The notes under the pieces are model-generated. The model was not told the origin of the DNA and searched no databases. It saw nothing but the letters and a program-made list of their open reading frames with translations. Of a stretch of DNA of 64,000 nt, positions 55,576-64,000 are shown one piece after another (position 1 is the first letter of the stretch; each line of letters begins with the position of its first letter). Origin of the DNA: an uncultured Gammaproteobacteria bacterium (GTDB lineage Bacteria > Patescibacteriota > Microgenomatia > Levybacterales > GWA1-39-11); contig CAZHDZ010000001.1 of the NCBI GenBank assembly GCA_964531275.1, positions 68,882-132,881 of the forward strand. Reading direction: 5' to 3'. The translations under genes and the position numbers were made by a program.

Positions 55576-55992
55576 AATAGAAAAGCTGCGCCAGGTTATC
55601 TTCTTCGCCTTGAATTAGGTGAGAAATTCAATGAAACTCTTTTGTCTTTTTGTGAAAAAGAAGGAATAAATGCTGCTCACTTTACAGCAGTAGGAGCGGT
55701 CGAGCAGGTGGAGTTGGGATTTTATGACCTTCCAAGCAAAACATACTCATTCAGGCTTTTTACAACACCGATGGAGCTGGTAAGTATGACTGGGAATATT
55801 TCTTTAGTTGAAGGGAAGCCATTTATTCACGCGCACGGAGTATTTTCAGATGAGAAATTTGCAACTTTCGGGGGGCATGTAAAAGATGCTATCGCTGGGC
55901 CAACTATTGAAATATTTTTAACCTCTCTTGAAGGCGAGATTTCCCGAAAAATGGATGAAGAAATGGGATTGAAGCTTTTAGATCTTAGTTAA
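55570..55992 (+). CDS. PPC/PCC (DUF296) domain DNA-binding protein
   Basis: …GKPFIHAHGVFSDEKFATFGGHVKDAIAGPTIEIFLT matches DUF296/PCC pattern. Confidence 0.5.
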   Translation: MQNRKAAPGYLLRLELGEKFNETLLSFCEKEGINAAHFTAVGAVEQVELGFYDLPSKTYSFRLFTTPMELVSMTGNISLVEGKPFIHAHGVFSDEKFATFGGHVKDAIAGPTIEIFLTSLEGEISRKMDEEMGLKLLDLS

Positions 55993-56560
55993 AATATCCT
56001 ACCTCGGCAAGAAATTTCTTTGTAAGGCGCATTGGAAGTCCTGTTAAGCTGTCCATATCTCCACGAAGCTCACGAATATAAGGGGTGAGAAGTGGATCCT
56101 CAGCGATACAAGCACCAGCAGTCCGTAAAATTCTTCCTTGAGAGATCAATTTCTCTATTACATCATCAGGGATAGGGTCAAAAAATACATCAACAATATC
56201 TACGCCTTCAACTTGCTTGCCGCTTTTTGTATCTGTGACAACTACTGAAGTAATTGCTTTTGAAGGGTGCAGTGAGTAACTCTCAAGCCAGCTTCTTGCT
56301 TCATTTTCATCTTTTGGTTTTTCCCTAAGCTCCCCATTACATACAACAACTTGATCTGAGGTTATGAGAACCGCATCATCCTTGATTGTTGGCAGTAAAG
56401 CCTTCGTTTTAGCTCTTGCTATTAAAAGAGGGAGTAACTCGAAGTTGTCATTTCTGATCGCTTTTTCATCAATATCGGCGACCATTACGTCAAAATGGAA
56501 TCCTGCAGCAGTTAGTACTTCTTTTCTGCCAATGGATTGTGAGCCTAATATTAATTTCAT
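55985..56560 (-). CDS. maf: Maf-like nucleoside triphosphate pyrophosphatase
   Basis: N-term LILGSQSIGRKEVLTAAGFHFDVMVADIDE typical of Maf/YhdE. Confidence 0.8.
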   Translation of the reverse strand: MKLILGSQSIGRKEVLTAAGFHFDVMVADIDEKAIRNDNFELLPLLIARAKTKALLPTIKDDAVLITSDQVVVCNGELREKPKDENEARSWLESYSLHPSKAITSVVVTDTKSGKQVEGVDIVDVFFDPIPDDVIEKLISQGRILRTAGACIAEDPLLTPYIRELRGDMDSLTGLPMRLTKKFLAEVGYFN

Positions 56561-56688
56561 GCCATTATTATACTTTATCTAATCTGAAAGAATGAAAAGT
56601 TTGTTCAGTCTTTTATATGCCTTCAGGAAGGAGAAAATGTCCTCAGTCTTTACAAGATGTGGCTTAGATCTTGTATAATTAATAACAT

Positions 56689-57447
56689 ATGAGCAGCATA
56701 TATCTTTCAGTCGTGATTCCTTCCTACAACGAAATGGGCAATCTTCGTAAGGGCACACTTTCTAAGGTTCAAAAGTATCTAGAGAAGCAAAAATTTGGTT
56801 ACGAGGTAATTATTGTTGATGATGGTTCTACGGATGGAAGTCTAGAATTCGTAAAAGATTATGCAAAGGATGAAAAGACCTTTCGGGTTATTCAAAATTC
56901 GCATTCAGGCAAAGCTGGGGCAGTAACTTCAGGCATGTTGGACGCAAGGGGAGATTATGTTCTATTTGCAGATATGGATCAGGCAACTCCAATAGAAGAG
57001 CTTGAAAAAGTACTTCCATATATAAAGGAAGGATACGACGTTGTTATTGGCTCAAGAAGTTCAAATAGAAAAGGCGCTCCAATGACTCGCAAGGTTATGG
57101 CAAAGGGCATGATGATGTTGCGTTCGGCGATAGTGGGGCTCCCGGAGATACAGGATACGCAATGTGGGTTTAAGTTATTTTCCAAGAAAGCGTCGCAGGA
57201 TGTATTTAATAATGTTAAGACTAGCCACAATGGATTTAAAACAATACATGGCTCATCAGTTACCGCTGGTTTCGACATTGAGATACTATATGTGGCAAAA
57301 GCGAAGGGCTACAAGATAAAAGAAGTCCCGGTAGATTGGTTGTATGTTGAGACGAGAAGAGTAAGTCCTATTAAAGATTCTGTAGAAGGTTTTTTTGAAT
57401 TATTTAAGATTAGAAAAAAGATTTCATCCGGCAAGTACGGTATATGA
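56689..57447 (+). CDS. GT2 polyprenyl-phosphate glycosyltransferase (Dpm1/GtrB/ArnC-like)
   Basis: LSVVIPSYNE, IIVDDGSTDGS, DxD (FADMDQ), about 250 aa soluble GT-A. Confidence 0.8.
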   Translation: MSSIYLSVVIPSYNEMGNLRKGTLSKVQKYLEKQKFGYEVIIVDDGSTDGSLEFVKDYAKDEKTFRVIQNSHSGKAGAVTSGMLDARGDYVLFADMDQATPIEELEKVLPYIKEGYDVVIGSRSSNRKGAPMTRKVMAKGMMMLRSAIVGLPEIQDTQCGFKLFSKKASQDVFNNVKTSHNGFKTIHGSSVTAGFDIEILYVAKAKGYKIKEVPVDWLYVETRRVSPIKDSVEGFFELFKIRKKISSGKYGI

Positions 57448-57476
57448 CATTCTGTCTTAAAGAATAGGGTTTAACA

Positions 57477-58625
57477 ATGAAAAAATTATTTATTCCCTTG
57501 TGGATATCCGGAAGTTTGTTACTATTCCTTTATTCATATACACAGGTTGATTTGTCTCTAACTCTTTCCAGAGCATCTTTTCTTCAGGTAATCCAGAAAG
57601 CTTTTCAATATGTAGGATGGTTCAATAGGCCGTTATCTACAGTTTTATATATAGGACTGTTTGTTTTTCTTTTCTTTTTGTATTTCTGGACATTAAAATT
57701 GGTTTCAAAGAACCAAATAAATGCGAAGAAATTATGGTTCGGAATATTGTTAGTTACCGGAATTGCGGTTCTTTCATACAATGCATTTTCATACGATCTT
57801 TTTAATTATATTTTTGATGCAAAAATTATAACTTTTTATAATCAAAATCCCTACGTTCATAAAGCTTTGGATTTTCCCGGTGACCCGATGCTATCTTTCA
57901 TGAGATGGACGCATAGGGTGTATCCATATGGACCGCTTTGGCTTGCAATTACTGTCCCACTGAGCTTTATTGGCAATCAAATTTTTGTTGTTACCTTTTT
58001 CCTTTTCAAGCTTCTGATGGGAGGCTTTTTCCTTATCACGGCATGGTCAATTGGAAAAATTGCCGAGAGATTAAAATTAAAGAATTATTTACTACCTATT
58101 GCTGCTTTTGCTTTCAATCCATTTATTCTCGTTGAGTCATTGGTTTCTGCCCATAATGATATTGTTATGATGGGCTTGGGAATGCTTGGTGTGTATTTCC
58201 TGCTGAAGAAAGAATATATCCAGGGGGGCTTGCTCCTTGTATTGTCGATTGGCGTAAAATTTGTGACCCTGCTTTCTGCAGTGCTTTTTATTATCCTCAG
58301 TCTCTTTAAGAAACAACGATATTTTATTGGGGGATCAATAATACTTATGATCCTGGGAGTAATTCTTGCTTCATATAGGACTAATTTCCAACCATGGTAT
58401 CTTCTTTATGTATTTCCATTTGCTGTTCTTATGATTGAGAAGAGATTTGTGCGGTATCCTTTATTCATTTTTTCTATTGGTAATATTATTTACTATATTC
58501 CGTATTTATATACCGGAAATTGGGATGCTCCCATTCCTCTCATTCTCAACTCAATAATAATTGGGTCAGCAGTACTATCTATTTTAGTAAGCCTTTTTTA
58601 TTATGTAACCAAAGGTAAGTCTTAG
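57477..58625 (+). CDS. polytopic membrane protein, putative GT-C-fold glycosyltransferase (DUF2029/GT87-like)
   Basis: About 10 TM helices, aromatic-rich loop YNAFSYDLFNYIFDAKII…PYGPLW; located inside the glycosyltransferase cluster. Confidence 0.35.
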   Translation: MKKLFIPLWISGSLLLFLYSYTQVDLSLTLSRASFLQVIQKAFQYVGWFNRPLSTVLYIGLFVFLFFLYFWTLKLVSKNQINAKKLWFGILLVTGIAVLSYNAFSYDLFNYIFDAKIITFYNQNPYVHKALDFPGDPMLSFMRWTHRVYPYGPLWLAITVPLSFIGNQIFVVTFFLFKLLMGGFFLITAWSIGKIAERLKLKNYLLPIAAFAFNPFILVESLVSAHNDIVMMGLGMLGVYFLLKKEYIQGGLLLVLSIGVKFVTLLSAVLFIILSLFKKQRYFIGGSIILMILGVILASYRTNFQPWYLLYVFPFAVLMIEKRFVRYPLFIFSIGNIIYYIPYLYTGNWDAPIPLILNSIIIGSAVLSILVSLFYYVTKGKS

Positions 58626-58645
58626 TTTTTTGATACAATTGCAGT

Positions 58646-60208
58646 ATGAAAATCTTTAAAAAGTTCATCTTAGAAATAGTAGTGGGTGTTATTCTTGCAG
58701 TCATTTTCTTTGTTACAAGGCTTGTTAACATAACATCTCTGCCGATCTTTACTGATGAGGCAATATATACAAGGTGGGCGCAAATTGCTAGATTTGATTC
58801 AAATTGGAGGTTTATTTCACTAACCGATGGCAAGAACCCTTCTTTTATATGGGCGGATAGCATAATGATGAAGCTTGTTGATGACCCTTTGTTTGCCGGA
58901 CGTTTGGTTTCTGTTTTTTCTGGATTTTTAGTTTGTATTGGTATTTATTTTTTAACAAGAGAAATTTTCAAATCAAAAGAAAAAAATGGTGTACGTATGA
59001 TTTCTCTGATTGCAGTAGTCCTTACAGTTCTATTTCCGTTCCTTTTGGTTTATGACAGATTGGCAATTTACGAAAGTCTAACAGCAGCATTTTTTGTTTG
59101 GACTTTATATTTTCAAATCTTGGTAGTAAGACATATGAGATTGGATCTTGCTATGATCTTAGGCTTTGTGCTTGGTGGATCAGTTCTGACAAAGTCTTCA
59201 GGTTTTCTTTCTTTATATCTCACACCCGCGCTTCTCTTATTGTTCAATTTCTCTGAGAAATTAAGAAAAAAAAGAATAGCAAAATTTGTGATTTTAGTTA
59301 TCGTAAGTGCAGGTATTGCTTACGGGATGTATTCTATTCAACGACTTTCACCGTTCTTTCACATTATCGCAGAAAAAAATACAATTTTTGTCCATCCAAT
59401 AGGTGAGTGGTTGAAGCTACAACCAATGGACAAGGTAGCAAATTTTCAACGTAATTTCATGGGGCTTTGGGATTGGTTTTTGATTTATTTCACACCTCCA
59501 TATATTTTGCTTGCAGTTCTTTCATTCTTCGTATCAAAACGCTTTTTAAAAGAAAAAATATTGCTAGTTGCTTGGTTTGTTATTCCTTTCTTGGGGCTTT
59601 GTGTATTGGGAAAAACACTGTATCCACGGTACATACTATTTATGACCATTCCGTTAATACCATTAGTTGCGTATTCTATCTATAAATTATTTACTCGTTA
59701 TAAAAATGTAGTCTTAAGAGCTATTTTTATTCTTATAATTGCAGCACTGCCATTGAGGATGATGTATTTCATTATCTTTGATTTTGCGAATGCACCTATT
59801 CCCAGACTAGATCTTGAGCAATTTATAAATGGTTGGCCGGCAGGCGGGGGAATCCGTGAAAGTGTAGATTTCTTTAATAAAGAATCAGAAAAAGGTCCGA
59901 TTTATGTTGCAACCCAAGGCACATTCGGGCTCCTGCCACATGCATACGAAATTTATTTTCTTAATAATTCCAATATAACCCTTAAAGGTTACTGGCCAAC
60001 GAATGAAACAATTGATGAAGAGATGTTAAAAGAGGCAGAAACAAAGCCTGTGTATGTTGTTTTTTATCAGGACTGCATGCACTGTGAGCTTCCAGGGATA
60101 GGGCCTACCACATGGCCAATGGATAAGATTGCAAGTTACAAAAAGGGAATAGGCAATACCACGCTTACTATTTATAAAGTAAAAACTCCTAATGCAAAGA
60201 GTGAATAA
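58646..60208 (+). CDS. GT-C membrane glycosyltransferase, ArnT/PMT (COG1807) family
   Basis: Loop-1 PIFTDEAIYTRWAQ (DE motif), polytopic, C-terminal soluble domain. Confidence 0.7.
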   Translation: MKIFKKFILEIVVGVILAVIFFVTRLVNITSLPIFTDEAIYTRWAQIARFDSNWRFISLTDGKNPSFIWADSIMMKLVDDPLFAGRLVSVFSGFLVCIGIYFLTREIFKSKEKNGVRMISLIAVVLTVLFPFLLVYDRLAIYESLTAAFFVWTLYFQILVVRHMRLDLAMILGFVLGGSVLTKSSGFLSLYLTPALLLLFNFSEKLRKKRIAKFVILVIVSAGIAYGMYSIQRLSPFFHIIAEKNTIFVHPIGEWLKLQPMDKVANFQRNFMGLWDWFLIYFTPPYILLAVLSFFVSKRFLKEKILLVAWFVIPFLGLCVLGKTLYPRYILFMTIPLIPLVAYSIYKLFTRYKNVVLRAIFILIIAALPLRMMYFIIFDFANAPIPRLDLEQFINGWPAGGGIRESVDFFNKESEKGPIYVATQGTFGLLPHAYEIYFLNNSNITLKGYWPTNETIDEEMLKEAETKPVYVVFYQDCMHCELPGIGPTTWPMDKIASYKKGIGNTTLTIYKVKTPNAKSE

Positions 60209-61841
60209 GATTTTCACAAACCTTCAGATAGGCTTAATTATTTCCATTTTTTTTATTGGTATTTTCTTTAGATTCTATGGGCTAGGAATGACTCCTTCTG
60301 GCCTTTCAAATGATGAAGTTGACATAGGTTATGACGCATACTCAATTCTTAAAACTGGCAAGGATCAATGGGGTGAAGCACAGCCAGCGCCATATCTCAA
60401 AGGTTTTGGAGACTATAGACCCTCCCTCTACACCTATCTGGTTATCCCTTCGGTAGCCGTCTTTGATCTAAATGCCTATGCAGTAAGATTTCCCGCAGCT
60501 TTAATTGGGTCACTTACAATTTTGCTTGTTGGTGTTCTCTCTTATCTCCTATGGAAAAAACCGTGGATAAGTATAACCTCAATGTTCTTTCTAGCGGTTA
60601 ACCCCTGGCATGTCGGCATGAGTAGGATTGGTATAGAATCTACCGTTGGAGTTTTTATCGCTGCTTTGGCTCTTATTTTCTTTATATCTGGGTTGAGAAG
60701 AGCTAAATTACTTTACCTATCCGCAATTGTATTTGCATTGCTTGTTTATACCTATGCTGCCTATACGATCTTCGCTCCAATACTTATTACTATATCTTTA
60801 ATTGCTTTTAGAAAAGAAATTTCTCGCAAGAATATTGCTATAGCTCTTGCCATTTTTGTTGCCGTTCTACTTCCTTTAATAATTTTTGGTGGCCTTAAGA
60901 CTGCCGGAACTAGATCTTCTCAAGTAAATTTGACAAGAGATTCCGGAACCTTAAATGTTGTAAATGACCAAAGGGGCGAATGCCAAAAAATGATTAGTCC
61001 TATCATCTGCAAAATATTTGTTAACAAACAGTCTATCTTTATAGTTAAATTTGCAACCAATTATATTAGCCATTTTTCACCAGAACTGCTTGCCATTAAT
61101 GGAACTTCTACTCAATATTCAACACTTCCTCAAAGAGGGCTGTTGCATTTGGTTGAATATATCGCCTTTATACTTGGAGTTGTTGTCTTACTTCTTGAAA
61201 AGGGTAAAAGTAACACACTTCTTTTATTATGGATTATTCTTTCCCCCATTCCGGATAGTATAACTGGGGGTGGTCACTATTCTCGATATTTGCTATTGCT
61301 TCCTGCAGTTCAATTAGCAGCAGGTTTTTCACTGCAATTCTTAATTGAAAAAATCCAGTCAAAGAAGCTTTTACTCTTGTTTCCTTTAGGATTTTTACTA
61401 TATGAGGCAGTATTTTTTGGGCTTACTTATTTTTCTTATTTCAGAATTTTCTATGCTAGAAATACCATGTCAGGTTATCAAGAAGCAATGGAATATATTA
61501 AAACCGAAAAAGACAATTACGAAAAAATTGTTATTTCTAGTAGAGTTAATGATACAAAACAATATGCATATTATTTGTTCTTTGCAAAGTATGATCCAGG
61601 ACTTTATCAATCTGGCAAGACCAAAGAGTTAACAATGGAAAGTGACAATTGGATACGAGTAAAAAGAATAGAGAATATTTATTTTCTTAATAAGATTCCA
61701 GACAATATCAATTTACAAAAGACGTTGTTCTTGGCAGCTCCAAAAGAAGTACCAAGACGAGTTAATGTAATTCGTGAAATAAAAGATCTAAAAGGAGATG
61801 TGCTTTTTGTTGTATTTACGCCTAAGGTTGTGACTCGATGA
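60192..61841 (+). CDS. GT-C membrane glycosyltransferase, ArnT/PMT (GT39-like) family
   Basis: Loop-1 LSNDEVDIGYDAYSILKTGKDQWGE; paralogue of 38938..40575 and 61822..63543. Confidence 0.7.
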   Translation: MQRVNKIFTNLQIGLIISIFFIGIFFRFYGLGMTPSGLSNDEVDIGYDAYSILKTGKDQWGEAQPAPYLKGFGDYRPSLYTYLVIPSVAVFDLNAYAVRFPAALIGSLTILLVGVLSYLLWKKPWISITSMFFLAVNPWHVGMSRIGIESTVGVFIAALALIFFISGLRRAKLLYLSAIVFALLVYTYAAYTIFAPILITISLIAFRKEISRKNIAIALAIFVAVLLPLIIFGGLKTAGTRSSQVNLTRDSGTLNVVNDQRGECQKMISPIICKIFVNKQSIFIVKFATNYISHFSPELLAINGTSTQYSTLPQRGLLHLVEYIAFILGVVVLLLEKGKSNTLLLLWIILSPIPDSITGGGHYSRYLLLLPAVQLAAGFSLQFLIEKIQSKKLLLLFPLGFLLYEAVFFGLTYFSYFRIFYARNTMSGYQEAMEYIKTEKDNYEKIVISSRVNDTKQYAYYLFFAKYDPGLYQSGKTKELTMESDNWIRVKRIENIYFLNKIPDNINLQKTLFLAAPKEVPRRVNVIREIKDLKGDVLFVVFTPKVVTR

Positions 61842-63543
61842 GAAGATACGCTTCTTCTTCAATAGGATATCTCATGAGTTCTTGTCCTTTATTAAAGACC
61901 ACTGGACGATTGGGGTACGTAATAGTCTTCAGTATTCCTACATCAGCTTTTTTGCCTTCCGGAGTTGTAATGAGAAGTTGATTTGGTATCTTGGGATCCG
62001 TCTCCCAATTAATAGGACGAATTTCTATATTTGAGAATTTAGTAGGGTATGAAAAACCCTCAGAGTCATCGGGAGACCACACAGCCTCTTTAACAAATTT
62101 TTCCGGAGGGTATAGAAGTTCTGCAAGCAGTATTGAATAGTTAATGCTTGCATCGCGTTCAATAATAATTTTATTGTAGTTACTCCCATTTGCCTTAATA
62201 AATTGTGCAACTTCTCGATCTCCGATATTCCAATATTTAGCATAAAAAATTGGAAATCTTACAAAATAAGATGCCAAGAAATAGAAAATACTGTAAAGAC
62301 AGAACATTGCTGTAACAGCAAGAGCCGTGTATTTTAACTTTGAGCTTTTTTGTTTTAAAAGAAAGCAGACTGCTGCCACTAGTCCAATGCTTGATAAGAA
62401 ACTAATAGGAAAAAGTATGAAAAAGGTTCTAGTTCCTTGAGGTGGATCTCTGGTTATGCTGCTTACTAAAATAAGTTCTACGATCCATGCCAGTATAATG
62501 AATGACTCTTTAGTTTTGGTTCTGAATAATAGTATTCCGCCAAGAACTATAAGAGGTAATTCAAAAATATACCACTGGCCAATATTTCCAGAAGTAGAGC
62601 TTCCAAGAATATCTCCATTCACAAAATAATAGCTTACTGATAAATGCGAAACAATATTATTGATATAAAGCCAGAACGTCATGAAGTAGTAGTTAAATAA
62701 CAGCTTTGAAAGTAATGGATTTATTTCTATAAAATAACTTCTAAATTCCTGCAGTGGTGCTTGAATTTTTGCGCTGGTAAATATTAAAGTGCCCAGCGTT
62801 GAATCGGCACCTCCTTTTGTTATGGCTCCAAAAATGAACGGTAGTAGACAAGCACCAAATGTTAGAAGTAGCGTTGCTGCTTGTTTTGGCACTATGGAGT
62901 GTTTGTTTTTCCAAAGAAAAAACACAAGAGATAGTATGAAGAGCGGCACGAAAAGACGAGCAATGTTATATGTATAGACTGAAAGTGCAAATAGGATTCC
63001 TGAAAGAATAAAGTAAAGCATCCTCTTATCAGAGGTAGCTTTTAATAATAAAAATACCCCAGTGACAATAAATAGGTTTGCGAGGGTGACTTCAAATGCT
63101 GATCTTGAGAAAAAGATAAGCCATGGATTTAACGCCAAAAGAAGTGAGATTCCGATTGGTCCCCATTCATAAAGTGGGTCGTTGTCCTTTTTGTATTTCT
63201 TTAATAATTCTTTTGAAAGAAAGAAGGAAACAACAACTATTAAAAAGCCTGAAAAAGCTGATACAAATCGGATACCAAAAGCATTTAATCCAAATATTGC
63301 AATTGAGGGAACGGTTGCATAAACATATCCAGGAAGCTTATATTCTCCAAACGCCTTAAAATTTTGGGGGTATGTATTGCCATGTTCATCCATGCCGGTT
63401 TTTAGTATTGAATATGCATTGTAGCCAATGGAGGTTTCATCTTCTCGGTATCCATTTGGAATTTCATTAAGCTTATAAAAGCGAAGTGCAAATGCAAGAA
63501 GAAAGATCGCAAGAAATATGATGATTTTACTTTTTCGTAACAT
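61822..63543 (-). CDS. GT-C membrane glycosyltransferase, ArnT/PMT (GT39-like) family
   Basis: Loop-1 YREDETSIGYNAYSILKTGMDEHGN; polytopic; C-terminal soluble domain. Confidence 0.7.
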   Translation of the reverse strand: MLRKSKIIIFLAIFLLAFALRFYKLNEIPNGYREDETSIGYNAYSILKTGMDEHGNTYPQNFKAFGEYKLPGYVYATVPSIAIFGLNAFGIRFVSAFSGFLIVVVSFFLSKELLKKYKKDNDPLYEWGPIGISLLLALNPWLIFFSRSAFEVTLANLFIVTGVFLLLKATSDKRMLYFILSGILFALSVYTYNIARLFVPLFILSLVFFLWKNKHSIVPKQAATLLLTFGACLLPFIFGAITKGGADSTLGTLIFTSAKIQAPLQEFRSYFIEINPLLSKLLFNYYFMTFWLYINNIVSHLSVSYYFVNGDILGSSTSGNIGQWYIFELPLIVLGGILLFRTKTKESFIILAWIVELILVSSITRDPPQGTRTFFILFPISFLSSIGLVAAVCFLLKQKSSKLKYTALAVTAMFCLYSIFYFLASYFVRFPIFYAKYWNIGDREVAQFIKANGSNYNKIIIERDASINYSILLAELLYPPEKFVKEAVWSPDDSEGFSYPTKFSNIEIRPINWETDPKIPNQLLITTPEGKKADVGILKTITYPNRPVVFNKGQELMRYPIEEEAYLLIESQP

Positions 63544-64000
63544 ATAGTAATTTTACTGTACAAAGTGCAGCAATTGCCAGACTAATAATTGTTAAGACAA
63601 GTCCGTATTGAAATGTCTTGGGCTCGTATTTAAATTCAATAGTGTGTTCTCCAGAAGGTACCTTAATAGCTCTAAATGCATAATTTGCTTTCAGAATTGG
63701 AGTATTTACCTTGTCGATATAAGCATTCCATCCTGGATAGTATGTGTCAGATAAGTACATAAGAGAATCTGAATCTGTTGTTGTTGCAACTGAAACAGTT
63801 GAAGAAGAGTATTTTGTGACCTTGAGTTGTTGTTTGACCAGTGGTTTGCTAGAAAGATTAGGGTCCGATTCCAGAAGCACACTTTTTGAAGGGTTAAATG
63901 TATCCTTTTCGAATGTATTCTTGAAATCCTGGAAGTTAGAATAAACCATGTACGATTTTGTTAAGAATACCCGAGAGGAGGAGGATAAATTCTCCTGTAC
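63527..64000 (-). CDS. C-terminal part of a YfhO-like/GT-C membrane protein (gene continues beyond window end)
   Basis: YYPGWNAYIDKVNTPILKANYAFRAIKVPSGEHTIEFKYEP + terminal TM resembles the YfhO-family C-terminal domain; no in-window N-terminus. Confidence 0.35.
   Translation of the reverse strand, partial: VQENLSSSSRVFLTKSYMVYSNFQDFKNTFEKDTFNPSKSVLLESDPNLSSKPLVKQQLKVTKYSSSTVSVATTTDSDSLMYLSDTYYPGWNAYIDKVNTPILKANYAFRAIKVPSGEHTIEFKYEPKTFQYGLVLTIISLAIAALCTVKLLYVTKK

Noticed and set aside
1-64000. CRISPR arrays, cas genes, reverse transcriptases (DGR), transposases, integrases
   Set aside because: Searched for by eye (regular spaced repeats, YADD RT motif, DDE/tyrosine recombinase patterns) and none were found. 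The only tandem repeats are the 17-bp x3 intergenic array and the 27-bp coding repeat, neither CRISPR-like.

Overview
This 64-kb window is AT-rich (about 35-40% GC by eye) and gene-dense. It looks like a small-genome bacterium, possibly of the Candidate Phyla Radiation (CPR) / Patescibacteria; this lineage guess is an inference from gene content, not a search result. Clearly recognisable genes include Lon protease, PEP synthase, a GH1 beta-glucosidase, an OmpR/histidine-kinase pair, a Crp/Fnr regulator, Maf, a UspA protein, a split ChrA chromate-transporter pair, a Na+/H+ antiporter and one tRNA-Glu(CUC).

The accessory content is dominated by surface and envelope functions. There are at least five ArnT/PMT-like GT-C membrane glycosyltransferase paralogues plus a Dpm1-like GT2, a GT4 and other polytopic membrane proteins. 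There is also a 1349-aa protein whose N-terminus is a type IV pilin-like class III signal and which carries an S53 (sedolisin) peptidase domain, three CARDB-like repeats and a dockerin/EF-hand-like C-terminal motif. Two tandem secreted proteins with C-terminal anchors lie next to it.

The main anomalies are these. A single FabG-type SDR gene of about 63% GC, with its own GC-rich terminator, is embedded with sharp boundaries in AT-rich DNA. A 643-aa two-domain protein has an SHC-like DxDDT motif in its N-terminal half and DDxxD plus an NSE-like motif in its C-terminal half, suggesting a class II / class I terpene synthase-like architecture. An archaeal-type PPAT is fused to an extra C-terminal domain. 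A regulator combines a degenerate-P-loop ATPase with an OmpR-type winged helix. A GC-rich intergenic region ends in a strong terminator and is a candidate ncRNA. A 17-bp x3 tandem repeat sits in a divergent promoter, and the lon promoter carries a palindromic operator.

No CRISPR array, cas gene, reverse transcriptase, transposase or integrase was seen. All family assignments rest on motifs read by eye and need profile searches to confirm.
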